Notes: generated by a model from the letters alone, not told the origin. A stretch of DNA of 64,000 nt from Legionellales bacterium (GCA_027486005.1 JAIXPZ010000083.1:1192-65191), one strand, 5' to 3'. Counted from the stretch's first letter, positions 37,565 through 49,544 are shown. Program-made: numbers and translations.

Positions 37565-37959
37565 GTTGCGGTTGCCTCAGCAATTAAAGTGCCGTTTTCT
37601 AAGCGTGCTTCAGACCCGGTAAAGTAGAGGCGACCTTTTTTCTTGATTGACCATGCTGACAGTAATACTTTTTGATTTACTGGGCAAGGGGCTTTTAATC
37701 GTACATTATATTCTGCAGTCACAACCCTCTGATCCTTTAAGTAATGTAAGTTCACCATAACTTCGTCAAGTGCTGTTCCTATGATGCCGCCATGTACTAC
37801 ATTATTAAATCCCTGATATTCTTTTGGAAAAAATACACTAGAAAATAATTTTTCACCTTCGTAATGAAATTGCATTTTTAAATTTAAAGGATTTTTTTCC
37901 CCGCAACAAAAACAATAGCGATCATCAGTGAAAGTAGAGGGTGAAGTGTTGTTTGTCAT
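37537..37959 (-). CDS. PaaI-family hotdog-fold thioesterase
   Basis: 'CFCCG' N-terminal knuckle and 'HGGIIGTALDEVM' hotdog motif. Confidence 0.8.
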   Translation of the reverse strand: MTNNTSPSTFTDDRYCFCCGEKNPLNLKMQFHYEGEKLFSSVFFPKEYQGFNNVVHGGIIGTALDEVMVNLHYLKDQRVVTAEYNVRLKAPCPVNQKVLLSAWSIKKKGRLYFTGSEARLENGTLIAEATATCMKITCSQ

Positions 37960-37964
37960 GATGC

Positions 37965-38960
37965 TTACTCAGATTTTAGAGAGCGTGAAAATAAATTTTT
38001 TACGGCTTGAGTAGGAGCTAGTCCATGATGTAAGACTTGATAAACTTGCTCGGTAATAGGCATTTCAATTCGCAAACGCTGAATTAGTTTCTGGATAAGC
38101 GCTGATGTATCTATTGATTCTATGATTTGGCCAATTTCATTTTTTACATCTTGTATCGATTTTCCTTGGCCAATGGCAATACCTAAGCGACGATTACGTG
38201 ATTGATTATCAGTGCAAGTTAACACTAAATCACCTAATCCAGATAGGCCCATAATAGTTTTTAATTCTCCGCCTGCGGCTAGGCCGAGATGTTTCATTTC
38301 ACGTAAGCCACGCGTAATCAATGCAGCACGTGCATTGGCGCCAAATCCCATGCCATCTGAAATACCTACTGCGACTGCGAGAATGTTTTTAACGGCACCA
38401 CCAATTTGTACGCCAATTAAATCATCACTGGTATATACGCGAAAAACATTTTTAGAAAGTAGATGTGCTAATTCCTTAGCGCATTCTTTGTCATGACTCG
38501 CAATAATGACAGTAGTAGGTAAATGTCGGGCAACTTCTTTAGCAAATGATGGGCCTGATAATAAAGCGTAACGAGTACTTGGTAAAATACTATGGGCAAG
38601 ATCTCCCATGAACTCACCATGCTCCGTTAATCCTTTTGTGGCCGATAACAATATTTGCGAAGGAGTTAATAGAGGTTTTATTTCATATAACATTGCCTCA
38701 AAAGCCTTGCTAGGTGTTGCTAATAAAACAATATCAGCTTGAGCAAGAGCCTGCTTAAGATTGGCATCAACAGTAAGCGCAGGGGGAAATTGTATGTCTG
38801 GTAGATAACGTAGGTTTTCCTTTTTAGATTGCATTTCAAGCGCATGTTGAGCATTGTGCGACCACAATACGGTCGGGTATCCACAGAATGAAAGATGGAC
38901 GGCCAGAGCAGACCCCCAAGAGCCTGCACCTAATACTGTAAATCTAAGTGGCGAGGACAT
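37965..38960 (-). CDS. gpsA: NAD(P)H-dependent glycerol-3-phosphate dehydrogenase
   Basis: 'VLGAGSWGSALA' and 'GPSFAKEVA' motifs. Confidence 0.95.
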   Translation of the reverse strand: MSSPLRFTVLGAGSWGSALAVHLSFCGYPTVLWSHNAQHALEMQSKKENLRYLPDIQFPPALTVDANLKQALAQADIVLLATPSKAFEAMLYEIKPLLTPSQILLSATKGLTEHGEFMGDLAHSILPSTRYALLSGPSFAKEVARHLPTTVIIASHDKECAKELAHLLSKNVFRVYTSDDLIGVQIGGAVKNILAVAVGISDGMGFGANARAALITRGLREMKHLGLAAGGELKTIMGLSGLGDLVLTCTDNQSRNRRLGIAIGQGKSIQDVKNEIGQIIESIDTSALIQKLIQRLRIEMPITEQVYQVLHHGLAPTQAVKNLFSRSLKSE

Positions 38961-39415
38961 TAGTGCGTAGTTTCACTGGTAGAAACTTGCGCAGCCTGTT
39001 GAGCATACAGGGCATCAAAATTTACTGGCGCCAAATAAAGCTGTGGAAATCCACCGCGGCTGATCAAGTTAGAAATAGTTTCACGGGCATAAGGAAACAA
39101 AATATTGGCACATACCGTGGCTAAGATTTGCTTTCTTTGCTCTTCGATGAAATTTTTAAGGGTAAAAATGCCACCTTGTTTAGTTTCAGCGACATAAGCG
39201 ACTTCTTTATTAAGATCGTCTTTAGCTGTGACGGTTACTGCCAAGCTTACTTCATAGAAATCACCTTCAAGTGCAGTAGATTTAGCATCTAACGTAACAT
39301 CAACAGAGAATTTAACTTCTTGCTTAAAAATGGCAGGCGATTTAGGGGACTCAAAAGATAAATCTTTAGTGTAAATACGATTAATCTCAAAAATGGGGGC
39401 CGGTGCTTCAGACAT
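38960..39415 (-). CDS. secB: Protein-export chaperone SecB
   Basis: 'IYTKDLSFESP' and 'LFPYARE'; 151 aa. Confidence 0.93.
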   Translation of the reverse strand: MSEAPAPIFEINRIYTKDLSFESPKSPAIFKQEVKFSVDVTLDAKSTALEGDFYEVSLAVTVTAKDDLNKEVAYVAETKQGGIFTLKNFIEEQRKQILATVCANILFPYARETISNLISRGGFPQLYLAPVNFDALYAQQAAQVSTSETTH

Positions 39416-39520
39416 GTTGTAGTCACTCCTCTTGTAATAAATGATAACTGGTTAATGATACGAAATTATTTCCTTAGTAAAGTTAGCTATGATTATTTCC
39501 CAAGGTTTTTTATTTTTCGA

Positions 39521-39766
39521 TTACAACAATGTACTATTTTTTTCAAAATATGCATATAGATCATCGCACCCGCCGCGATGATTACCGTTGATGAAAATTT
39601 GCGGTACGGTAGTTCTGCCATTGCTTTTTTCGATCATCTCAGCGCGTTTTTCTGGATGTTCATCAATTTTTATTTCTTGATAAGACAATTGTTGTTGCTC
39701 TAATAATTTTTTTGCGCGCACACAATAAGGGCAGGTGGTCTTGGTATAAATAATGACTTCAGTCAT
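39521..39766 (-). CDS. grxC: Glutaredoxin 3
   Basis: 'CPYC' active site and 'TVPQIFI...GGCDDL'. Confidence 0.93.
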   Translation of the reverse strand: MTEVIIYTKTTCPYCVRAKKLLEQQQLSYQEIKIDEHPEKRAEMIEKSNGRTTVPQIFINGNHRGGCDDLYAYFEKNSTLL

Positions 39767-39770
39767 GAGA

Positions 39771-40220
39771 TTATCCTTTTGCTACTAATGGTAAATTCTC
39801 TTTTTGCCAGTTTGCTATGCCGCCACTTAGTGTGAATGCCGACGTGTATCCTTTTGCACGCAGTGCGCTAACTGCTTTATTGCTCGTTTGTCCTGCAGCA
39901 CAGACCAATAAGCATGTGGTTTGTGGTGTAATTTTAAGGGCCGCTTTCGGATCATCGGAGGCTGGTTTAAAATCGATTCGTTTTGAGCCAACAATATGAC
40001 CTCCAGCAAACGCAGTAGCGTCTCGCAGATCAAAAACAACAGCAGATTGCTTATTGATTAGCTCAACTGCATTTTGAGGTTGAACTGCCCACATATTTGC
40101 CTTTCGTTCATTTATTTGCGCGAGGATGGCCCAGATGAAAGCAGCTACGAATAACAGGGATAATTCCCAGTGTGCAACAAAGAAAGCGATGTAATGGTTC
40201 ATAATTTTCATAAATATCAT
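39771..40220 (-). CDS. Membrane-anchored rhodanese-like domain protein
   Basis: N-terminal TM helix. The active-site loop 'VCAAGQTS' sits in a rhodanese fold. This is the conserved rhodanese-grxC-secB-gpsA order. Confidence 0.85.
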   Translation of the reverse strand: MIFMKIMNHYIAFFVAHWELSLLFVAAFIWAILAQINERKANMWAVQPQNAVELINKQSAVVFDLRDATAFAGGHIVGSKRIDFKPASDDPKAALKITPQTTCLLVCAAGQTSNKAVSALRAKGYTSAFTLSGGIANWQKENLPLVAKG

Positions 40221-40314
40221 ACAATTGCGTGATTATACACGAATAAGTAGGTTGTGCTACTCGCGTAAATTGGATAAGATTTGCCCTTACCTTTTTTAAC
40301 GGCTTTTACTACTT

Positions 40315-42743
<2,429 letters not shown>

Positions 42744-42772
42744 TGCTTTCGCGATAAAGCTATAGAGAAGAA

Positions 42773-42800
42773 GGGGCAGCGTAGCCGGCCGCCCCTTTTT
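42773..42800 (+). terminator. Rho-independent terminator of wrbA (may also end the minus-strand sRNA candidate)
   Basis: GGGGCAGC-loop-GCCGCCCC hairpin at 42773-42795, followed by TTTTT. Confidence 0.6.
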
Positions 42801-42975
42801 CGTTGAGTCCATTCACAGAGAGTCATCCTTGCCGCCTGTTGCGTTTTCTTATTCCTTAAGAAAACCTAGCATCCTTACTTTCGGCGGACATTCAATCCTT
42901 AAAAAAATGTATCCATACCATTAGGCCTAATCCTTGAGCCGTTGTTCATCCTGAACAAGGTTGATTGTGCTGGTT
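42800..42975 (-). ncRNA. Candidate CsrA/RsmA-titrating sRNA (RsmY/RsmZ/CsrB-like), copy B
   Basis: Eight minus-strand GGA motifs lie at 16-27 nt spacing (TCC on + at 42808, 42826, 42853, 42872, 42896, 42912, 42931, 42949). Hairpins UUGUUCA-GGA-UGAACAA (42942-42958) and UUCUUA-AGGAA-UAAGAA (42846-42862) present the motif. No ORF is present. The ends are approximate. Confidence 0.5.
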
Positions 42976-43183
42976 TTTCGAGGTAACACAATATCTTTAA
43001 GAGTTATTGTGACGGGATAATCAATAAGTTTTTCAAGAAAATCATTATTTATCAATAAGATAGAAAGATATTTGCCTATTTAAGTGATGTAAAAAAAGAT
43101 GCAATCTTACTGCTCAATAAGAGATGGCTTACAAAGAATTGGGAGGTTTGGTCAATGTTTATGTTTTAATACTTTACGATTTT

Positions 43184-43210
43184 AAAAAAAGGGCAGCAAG
43201 TAGGCCGCCC
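43184..43210 (-). terminator. Rho-independent terminator of the glycine-zipper lipoprotein gene
   Basis: On the minus strand, the GGGCGGCC-loop-GCTGCCC hairpin is followed by TTTTTTT. Confidence 0.6.
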
Positions 43211-43230
43211 TTTACGCCATTTAGCTTATA

Positions 43231-43809
43231 TTATGGTAATGTGCTAATAATATGAGCATGACCACGGTCTATACCTGCTATAAGAACTTTTTGTCCCACT
43301 TGTAGAACTTGCTGGCCTTGTCCTTGAACAACGTTGACATAACGATTAGCGGCAGATTTGCTTCCAATGGTTGTAGTTGAGGTGTTTTTAGTAGTTGTGC
43401 TTGATGTGCTTTGCCCATTAGTCGTAATGGTGGTTGTTCCGCTATCCTGCTGCGCTAATTTGACCACATATTCTATGCCTTGTTGTGTCGTCAATTTATC
43501 TTCAATCGCATTACCTGCCGCACCACCAGCAACAGCTCCTGCAAGACCAGTTGCGTAGCGCATATTACCGCCACCTACCGCAGAGCCAGCAAGAGCACCC
43601 AAGCCAGCGCCTGCGAGGGTTCCTATCATATTGCTGTCGCCTTTAACTGTTACAACGCGTTTAGAGACAATGACGCCTTCTACCGCAGTTTGTGCTTCAT
43701 TGGCATTAGAAGCTGATACGACATCGGGAGAAATGTTCGGCGCACAAGCGCTCAACCCTAAGCTTAGCGCAATAATAACTGCGCTGGTCAACAAATTTTT
43801 TTTCATCAT
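43231..43809 (-). CDS. Glycine-zipper outer-membrane lipoprotein (SlyB / 17-kDa-antigen-like) with a Thr/Ser-rich linker
   Basis: Lipobox 'LGLSAC' and glycine zipper 'GTLAGAGLGALAGSAVGGG...GLAGAVAGGAAGNA'. Confidence 0.8.
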   Translation of the reverse strand: MMKKNLLTSAVIIALSLGLSACAPNISPDVVSASNANEAQTAVEGVIVSKRVVTVKGDSNMIGTLAGAGLGALAGSAVGGGNMRYATGLAGAVAGGAAGNAIEDKLTTQQGIEYVVKLAQQDSGTTTITTNGQSTSSTTTKNTSTTTIGSKSAANRYVNVVQGQGQQVLQVGQKVLIAGIDRGHAHIISTLP

Positions 43810-43963
43810 GTTTTTCCTCTTTTTAAGTGTTATGTGATTAATTATAGTGAGTAGTGATCAAGATGCAACGTCTGCAGTTATCTTATTAAATAATTCGTAA
43901 TTGTTTTCACAATTTTTTCGGATTCAGTTAAATAAATTCGGTCCATCAGTAGTTTAATGTTCT

Positions 43964-44341
43964 TCATAATTGTCTCCCTAATAAAATACCCAACCATACA
44001 GTTAGTAAACACAAAGAAACGCTTAGTATGATATTTAGCGTAGCTCCCAAGTAATTAGCTGACTCGATCAGGGCAAATGTTTCAATGGAAAAGGATGAAA
44101 ACGTCGTGTAACCACCAAGTAATCCAAGCACTAACAAATGCCGAACGGGTGTCTCCATGCTACTCAATCTCTCCTGCGCCAGGGCAGTCAAGAGTCCCAT
44201 GATAAATGCGCCACTCACATTGACGATCAATGTTCCATAGGGGAAGCCGCGACCAAGCAATAAATAAGTTAAATTAGCAATCCAGTAGCGAAATAGTCCA
44301 CCAAAGCCGCATCCAAAGAAAATGAGTAACGTATTTTGCAA
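43964..44341 (-). CDS. crcB: Fluoride ion channel CrcB/Fluc
   Basis: 'GCGFGGLFRY' and 'GGYTTFSSF' motifs. I prefer the TTG at 44341 because GGGAGGAG lies 6 nt upstream. The ORF-track start is 44368. Confidence 0.85.
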   Translation of the reverse strand: MQNTLLIFFGCGFGGLFRYWIANLTYLLLGRGFPYGTLIVNVSGAFIMGLLTALAQERLSSMETPVRHLLVLGLLGGYTTFSSFSIETFALIESANYLGATLNIILSVSLCLLTVWLGILLGRQL

Positions 44342-44385
44342 TGAAATCTCCTCCCTTATCCAGGCCAAAATTGTACTCTTATATA

Positions 44386-45087
44386 CTATGAAATAAAAAG
44401 AGGAATTGAATCAAAGTCGCGATAAAAAATCGATGGTTGTGAACCGAGAGAGGCAAGTGAAGCCGCATAGCCAACCGGGGCAGAAAGACATATAAGGGAT
44501 AATTCACGAGGGCACGTATGTTTCAGAACTGGCATAAAAAATAAGTCTAGTTTTACACAGAAGTGATTTAGTCCGGCCGCAATTCCTTCGCCTGTTGCTT
44601 TGATAATAGCTTCTTTTGCAGTCCAAAAAACAAAAAAAGCTTCTTGTTGTTTTTTTTCATCTTCAATTTTCAACAGATATTGGTATTCGTCTGAATGAAA
44701 AAAGCGCTTTGCAATGTCTAGATGATTGCTGGATTTTTTATATTTTTCGATATCAACACCTACTTCAACATCGCGAGACACCGCAAGAATTGCGTAATCT
44801 CGAGTATGCGATAAATTGAAAAATAACTCTTTATTTTTCAAAAATGGCTTTCCATTTTCTTGGATAGATAAGTCGATTTTTTTTGGCGATAGCTGTAAGT
44901 AGCTTGAAAGAATAATACGCTTACAAGCATGATAAAGAACAAATGATGATCTATCTTCTGCAAAATGAAAGCGATTGGCGCGTTGTTGCTCTTCTGTAGT
45001 AATTGCTTCTTCCCAGTGGTGGGGTAATGATGATAGTGAAGCTTTATTAAGAAGCCATATGTCGACGCAGTTGATGAGTGGATTCAT
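44386..45087 (-). CDS. 4'-phosphopantetheinyl transferase (Sfp type)
   Basis: 'FNLSHT', 'GVDIE' and 'WTAKEAIIKATGEG' motifs. Confidence 0.85.
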   Translation of the reverse strand: MNPLINCVDIWLLNKASLSSLPHHWEEAITTEEQQRANRFHFAEDRSSFVLYHACKRIILSSYLQLSPKKIDLSIQENGKPFLKNKELFFNLSHTRDYAILAVSRDVEVGVDIEKYKKSSNHLDIAKRFFHSDEYQYLLKIEDEKKQQEAFFVFWTAKEAIIKATGEGIAAGLNHFCVKLDLFFMPVLKHTCPRELSLICLSAPVGYAASLASLGSQPSIFYRDFDSIPLFIS

Positions 45088-45866
45088 TTTTGTAGAAACG
45101 CCTCTCCGCTTAAAAATTTTCTAATTTCACCGTTGTGTAACTTAAGTATTATCTCTCCTTGAGGTGACAATCCAACACATTTTCCTGTGGTGATTGTTTT
45201 ATTGTGATTTAATTGTATCACTTTGTTTAACAACGCATTGTACTTATTCCATTTTAATACAAAGTTCACCAAGCCTTCTTTCTCAAACAAATGAATTGAC
45301 GCTAAAAGTTTATTAATTAGTTTTGCACAAATTAGATTTCTGTCGTGAGGAGTGCCTGTCAAATGCGCTAATGACGTCCAGTTTTGTGAAATGGATGCTT
45401 CAGCTGCAGATTGCATATTAACATTAAGGCCTATTCCAATAACAACGCGATGTGTTTGATCAGCCATTTTTTTAGTTTCAATTAAAACTCCTGATAGCTT
45501 TGAGTTTCTACATAAAATATCATTCGGCCATTTTATTAATGCAGGCTCTGGCAAAGAAAAGCCAGTGTTTAATATGTCGCAGACAGCATACCCAGCAACT
45601 AGACTTAATCCTGATAGAAGCATCCGGGGTTGGGAAGAAAAGTAACATAACGAAAAATAAATATTTTCAGCAAAAGGCGAGTGCCAGACACGCTGCAATT
45701 GCCCGCGCCCTTGAGTTTGTTCTTCTGCAAAGCAAGCTGAAAATTTTTGAGAAGGCAACTGTTGGTCGAAAAAATTATTCGTTGAATTGATAGATTTAAC
45801 AATAGCAATATCAATCAATCTCTCATCAACTAAAGGCAAAATAGCTTCTTTATTCAGCAAAATCAA
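45084..45866 (-). CDS. birA: Biotin--[acetyl-CoA-carboxylase] ligase (no N-terminal HTH)
   Basis: 'QTQGRGQLQRVWHSP' and 'KWPNDI'. TTG start, so the exact start is uncertain. Confidence 0.85.
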   Translation of the reverse strand: MILLNKEAILPLVDERLIDIAIVKSINSTNNFFDQQLPSQKFSACFAEEQTQGRGQLQRVWHSPFAENIYFSLCYFSSQPRMLLSGLSLVAGYAVCDILNTGFSLPEPALIKWPNDILCRNSKLSGVLIETKKMADQTHRVVIGIGLNVNMQSAAEASISQNWTSLAHLTGTPHDRNLICAKLINKLLASIHLFEKEGLVNFVLKWNKYNALLNKVIQLNHNKTITTGKCVGLSPQGEIILKLHNGEIRKFLSGEAFLQK

Positions 45867-45988
45867 GATTAACGCCCTAAATTCGTTTTTCTAAGTGTTG
45901 GTAGTCTACAGAAATCTATTGTAAAATCTATGAATTAGCACATTAAAATTAACTGTTCAGTGACTTAAAGTCAAAGCAGGGGGCATGA

Positions 45989-46723
45989 ATGAAACTCATT
46001 ACACTTAATATTTGGGGTGGCCAGTTTAAAGAGCTATTAATTGAGTTTTTTGCCGCTCATCGTGATGTTAATTTTTTTTGCTTACAGGAAGTTAATCATC
46101 GTGCTTCTCATAAGTCTTCAACGGATGATAACCCTGTCTGCCTTAATATTCTAGATGAAATATCAGCCGCTCTTTCCGAGCATAACTTTTTCTTTCGCCC
46201 AACAGTGAATAATACGTATGGTTTGGCGATGTTTGTTAAGAAAAATATTGAAATTGTTGCTGAGGGAGAAGTGATTATTCATGATAATCCAAACTATCCT
46301 GGCGCCGGTCCGACGCACTCAAGAAATCTACAATGGGTGCAGTGCAAGGGCCAAGATAAGGAATATTGTGTATTGAATATTCATTGTTTGTGGAACGGGG
46401 CAGGCAAAGGCGATAGCGCTGAGAGAATTGAGCAATCGCATCGTGCTAAAGCTTTTTTAAACTCTCTACAAGTGCCAAAAATCCTAAGTGGCGATTTTAA
46501 TTTACGACCCGACACAATGAGTATCAGTATTCTTGAAGATAATATGGATAATTTAGTTAAACGTTTTGGCATTCAGTCGACGCGCACCAGCCTATATCCT
46601 AAGGCAGAACGTTTTGCAGATTATATACTCACATCTTCTGGAGTTTTAGTGAATGATTTCAAGGTGTTGCCTGATGAAGTCTCAGATCATTCTCCGCTTT
46701 TTCTCGATTTTTCTGTTGAGTGA
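45989..46723 (+). CDS. Endonuclease/exonuclease/phosphatase (EEP) family protein
   Basis: 'ITLNIWGG', 'LQEV' and the C-terminal 'SDHSPL'. Confidence 0.8.
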   Translation: MKLITLNIWGGQFKELLIEFFAAHRDVNFFCLQEVNHRASHKSSTDDNPVCLNILDEISAALSEHNFFFRPTVNNTYGLAMFVKKNIEIVAEGEVIIHDNPNYPGAGPTHSRNLQWVQCKGQDKEYCVLNIHCLWNGAGKGDSAERIEQSHRAKAFLNSLQVPKILSGDFNLRPDTMSISILEDNMDNLVKRFGIQSTRTSLYPKAERFADYILTSSGVLVNDFKVLPDEVSDHSPLFLDFSVE

Positions 46724-46834
46724 GATAAGTTATTGTATTCCAATGTAGATATCAATACGTGTATTAGCTGAATTTTTTTTATTAGTTTTTGCCGTTAAGT
46801 CAATTAATTATATTTTTGATTTTTTTTGTTTAAT

Positions 46835-47287
46835 TTATGCGGTTTTATATTTAGCTAAATAGGCATCCAGAGCATTAGAAAATTTCTGAATATTATTTTT
46901 ATTCATGGTTTTCGGTCCACCTGTGTGTATACCGCTTGAACGCACTTCATCCATAAAGTTGCGCAGAGCAAGTCGTTGTTTAATGCTATCTTTACTATAA
47001 AGTTCACCGCGTGGGTTAAGCGCAAAAGCACCTTTTTCTAATACTTGAGCTGCAAAGGGAATATCGGCGGTTATTACCAGCTCATTTTTCTCTACTTTAT
47101 CCACAATATAGTTATCCGCAACGTCAAATCCACCATTAACTTGAATGCAGAATATGAAAGGGCTGGCGGGAATAATAATGCGCTGATTAGCAACAAAAAT
47201 AAGCTCGCATTTCGTCCTTATCGATGCCCTGCATACAATGTCCTTGATATTTTTCGGACAAGCATCCGCGTCGACATATATTTTCAT
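46835..47287 (-). CDS. YaiI/YqxD family protein (UPF0178)
   Basis: 'MKIYVDADACPK' N-terminus; 150 aa. Confidence 0.88.
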   Translation of the reverse strand: MKIYVDADACPKNIKDIVCRASIRTKCELIFVANQRIIIPASPFIFCIQVNGGFDVADNYIVDKVEKNELVITADIPFAAQVLEKGAFALNPRGELYSKDSIKQRLALRNFMDEVRSSGIHTGGPKTMNKNNIQKFSNALDAYLAKYKTA

Positions 47288-47468
47288 TATTTGTTGTTTC
47301 TTTCACGCTATACCGCTTTAATCTTAATCGATCTATATGGGCATAGCAATCAAAAAATCATTCACATACTGGCGTGATTCTGTTAGTATTGCACGCGCTA
47401 GGCACTTAATCAGGAAGATTTAAATAACTACGAGGACTTGCTTTTTTTGGTACCAGTATGTTGTTTTA

Positions 47469-47951
47469 ATGGAGTATATTTTGATGCAAAATGATAGCCT
47501 GTTGCAAGAGAATGTAACGCACACAAGTTGGAGTCGCTTTGCAGCTCTAGAAGCAGAGCTCGAAAGTTCAAAAGAGTTTATCGAAATTCATAAGAATAAT
47601 TACGAAGCTTCGTCTGACAAATATCAATCTATTGTGACACAAGCTTGTGCTGAGATTGAAAATATTTATCAACAAATGTGCGCCGGAAAACCTGTCGATG
47701 TTAAAAGTAATATTAGCACTTACATGCATTCGATCACCAATCATTGCAAAGATTTTTTTAATACTGAAATTCACATGCCAATGCATAATGAGGTTATTAA
47801 GCCGTGGGGTATGTGCGCTGAAGGAAAAGATCCAGCGTTTTGGCAAACGTATCATGCGATACAGAATGAAGGAAAATTAGCTAAAGCGACACTTGAACAT
47901 GCAATTTATTCATTAGCCGGTTTGTTCTCTTTGCTGCTTGTTTTGGACTGA
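47469..47951 (+). CDS. Hypothetical protein (160 aa)
   Basis: Isolated ORF with coding-like composition and no confidently recognised motif. The start may be the Met at 47484. Confidence 0.5.
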   Translation: MEYILMQNDSLLQENVTHTSWSRFAALEAELESSKEFIEIHKNNYEASSDKYQSIVTQACAEIENIYQQMCAGKPVDVKSNISTYMHSITNHCKDFFNTEIHMPMHNEVIKPWGMCAEGKDPAFWQTYHAIQNEGKLAKATLEHAIYSLAGLFSLLLVLD

Positions 47952-47954
47952 GGA

Positions 47955-48299
47955 TTACCTGCTGGTAACACCTAATTGATCTACTTTCGCTGCGCAAATA
48001 AAATCATTCACCGATAATCCGCCAATCGCATGTGTACTATAGCGAACAGTTACTTGGTTGTAATGGACTTCTAAATCAGGATGATGTTTCTCTTGATGTG
48101 CGCTAAATGCAATAGCATTCACAAATGCCATCACGTGATAATAATTTTTAAATGTAAAATTTTTAAAAATTTCAGTACAAGCGGTATTGGTCTTCCAATC
48201 TTGCAATTGCTGTAAATATGTTTTAACTTGCTCGCTTGTTAGTGCAGGCACCTTGCCTTCGCAAGGAACACATGTTTTATTGGATAAGTCACAGATCAT
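47955..48299 (-). CDS. phhB: Pterin-4-alpha-carbinolamine dehydratase
   Basis: 'AHQEKHHPDLEVHYNQVTVRYSTHA' signature. Lies downstream of phhA. Confidence 0.92.
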   Translation of the reverse strand: MICDLSNKTCVPCEGKVPALTSEQVKTYLQQLQDWKTNTACTEIFKNFTFKNYYHVMAFVNAIAFSAHQEKHHPDLEVHYNQVTVRYSTHAIGGLSVNDFICAAKVDQLGVTSR

Positions 48300-48316
48300 T
48301 ATTACACACTCCTTAA

Positions 48317-49135
48317 TTAAGTGGGGTACTCTTGTTCATCACTGGGGCGATGTGTTGTTAGCAGAGGATGTAAAGCAAAATCACCGTTTTTTAATGCTTC
48401 CTCAACGTAAACATTCAAATCAACCTGCATCAATTGATACAAGTCATCAAATGATTCTAAATAATAATAAATTGGCTGCATCACATCATAACGATAAGGT
48501 GTTCGCAAAACATCTTCCAAGATAAAAGGTCGGCGTTCAGGTATCGCACTTTCAACGGCATACACAGTCTCTCCTGGCGAAGATAAAATACCGCCGCCAT
48601 AGATTCTCCAGCCCATCGATGTTTTAAAAAGACCAAATTCAATCGTAAACCAAAATAATCGCAATAATAAACGACGTTTTTCTTTGGAGGTTTGCTTTAA
48701 AGCATAATCCGCATACCATGCGACAAAATCAGCATAAGCTTGATTTGTCAATAAAGTGCAGTGACCAAAATATTCATGAAATAAATCTGGTTCTTTTAAG
48801 TAATCAAAATCCTCTGGGCGACGAATAAAAGTTGCTACTGGGAAATGACATGATTTTAATAAGAAGTAAAATTCATCACTTTGGATTAAAGCGGGTACAG
48901 GCTGAACTCCCCACCCCGTTATATTACCTAGTTGTTCATTAATTTCCTGACACTGCGGAATTTGGTTTTGAGGAAAAGCAATTTTTTCTAAACCGACAAT
49001 AAATTCGTCACACGCGCGATTTTTTACAATTTCTTTTTGTCGAGTATATAATTTCTGCCAAGTATCATTTTCAATTTCATTAAATTCAACAAACCCTTTA
49101 TCGTTTGGGGTTTTAGCTATGTAGGGTCCCATCAT
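48317..49135 (-). CDS. phhA: Phenylalanine 4-monooxygenase
   Basis: Iron ligands in 'PDLFHEYFGHCTLL' and 'FTIEFGL'; 272 aa bacterial type. Confidence 0.93.
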   Translation of the reverse strand: MMGPYIAKTPNDKGFVEFNEIENDTWQKLYTRQKEIVKNRACDEFIVGLEKIAFPQNQIPQCQEINEQLGNITGWGVQPVPALIQSDEFYFLLKSCHFPVATFIRRPEDFDYLKEPDLFHEYFGHCTLLTNQAYADFVAWYADYALKQTSKEKRRLLLRLFWFTIEFGLFKTSMGWRIYGGGILSSPGETVYAVESAIPERRPFILEDVLRTPYRYDVMQPIYYYLESFDDLYQLMQVDLNVYVEEALKNGDFALHPLLTTHRPSDEQEYPT

Positions 49136-49544
49136 ATGTCCCTATTTTTTTGTGGAATGAGGCTGAAATTTTAAAAATCGAGATTGCATATAGGTCTCTC
49201 TTGAAGCTGGATTGCATTAATCGAAAAATTATAAACCAAAATAATTTGAAAATCTTGTTTTATCTATAAGGAGGTAGTCAAAAGTTCGTGATTGCAAGAT
49301 AGGTTGATGGTTCTGCAAAAGCCGGTGCTAATGGCCGTGAGCAGAACTACAATCATTTCCAGTTGCTCTGCTTCCTCTGGCTGCCGCTGCGGTGATGCCA
49401 GGTCCTGCTCCTTCTCTCTTAATGAGGTCTTAAGGTAAATAGCAACATACCCCTGGGCATGCTCCAGCTTATATCTTGAGTTCTCTGTCGTTTTCTGAAA
49501 CAATTCGCTTCCTTTATTTATGATGAAATACCAAAGAATTTAAG

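Noticed and set aside
42960-43110. LetA/GacA-type upstream palindrome for sRNA candidate B (and 23640-23760 for candidate A)
   Set aside because: Only weak partial matches are present (TTTTTCAAGAAAA, TAGAAAGATATTTG, TTAGAATAATCAAA, TGTAATTAGCTGGATTCGCA). None fits TNAGAAATTTCTNA or TGTAAG-N6-CTTACA well enough to report as a feature.
43358-43837. Three plus-strand ORFs (66-78 aa) antisense to the glycine-zipper lipoprotein gene
   Set aside because: They are shadow frames generated by the GC-rich Gly/Ala codon repeats of the minus-strand gene. The minus-strand protein has a lipobox, a glycine zipper and its own terminator.
44342-44385. Possible fluoride riboswitch upstream of crcB
   Set aside because: crcB follows the PPTase gene with only about 17-44 nt of spacer, so it is part of the birA-PPTase-crcB operon. 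There is no room for the roughly 50-nt crcB motif, and none was seen.
49264-49503. 79-aa minus-strand ORF in a locally GC-richer patch upstream of the dNK gene; also considered as a 6S, SRP or other structured RNA
   Set aside because: None of the six frames shows a recognisable protein motif. I compared it by eye with the SRP domain IV consensus (GGAAGCAGCC around a GGAA tetraloop) and with a 6S-like long closing stem, and found only partial, unconvincing matches. It may be a gene remnant and needs an Rfam or BLAST search.
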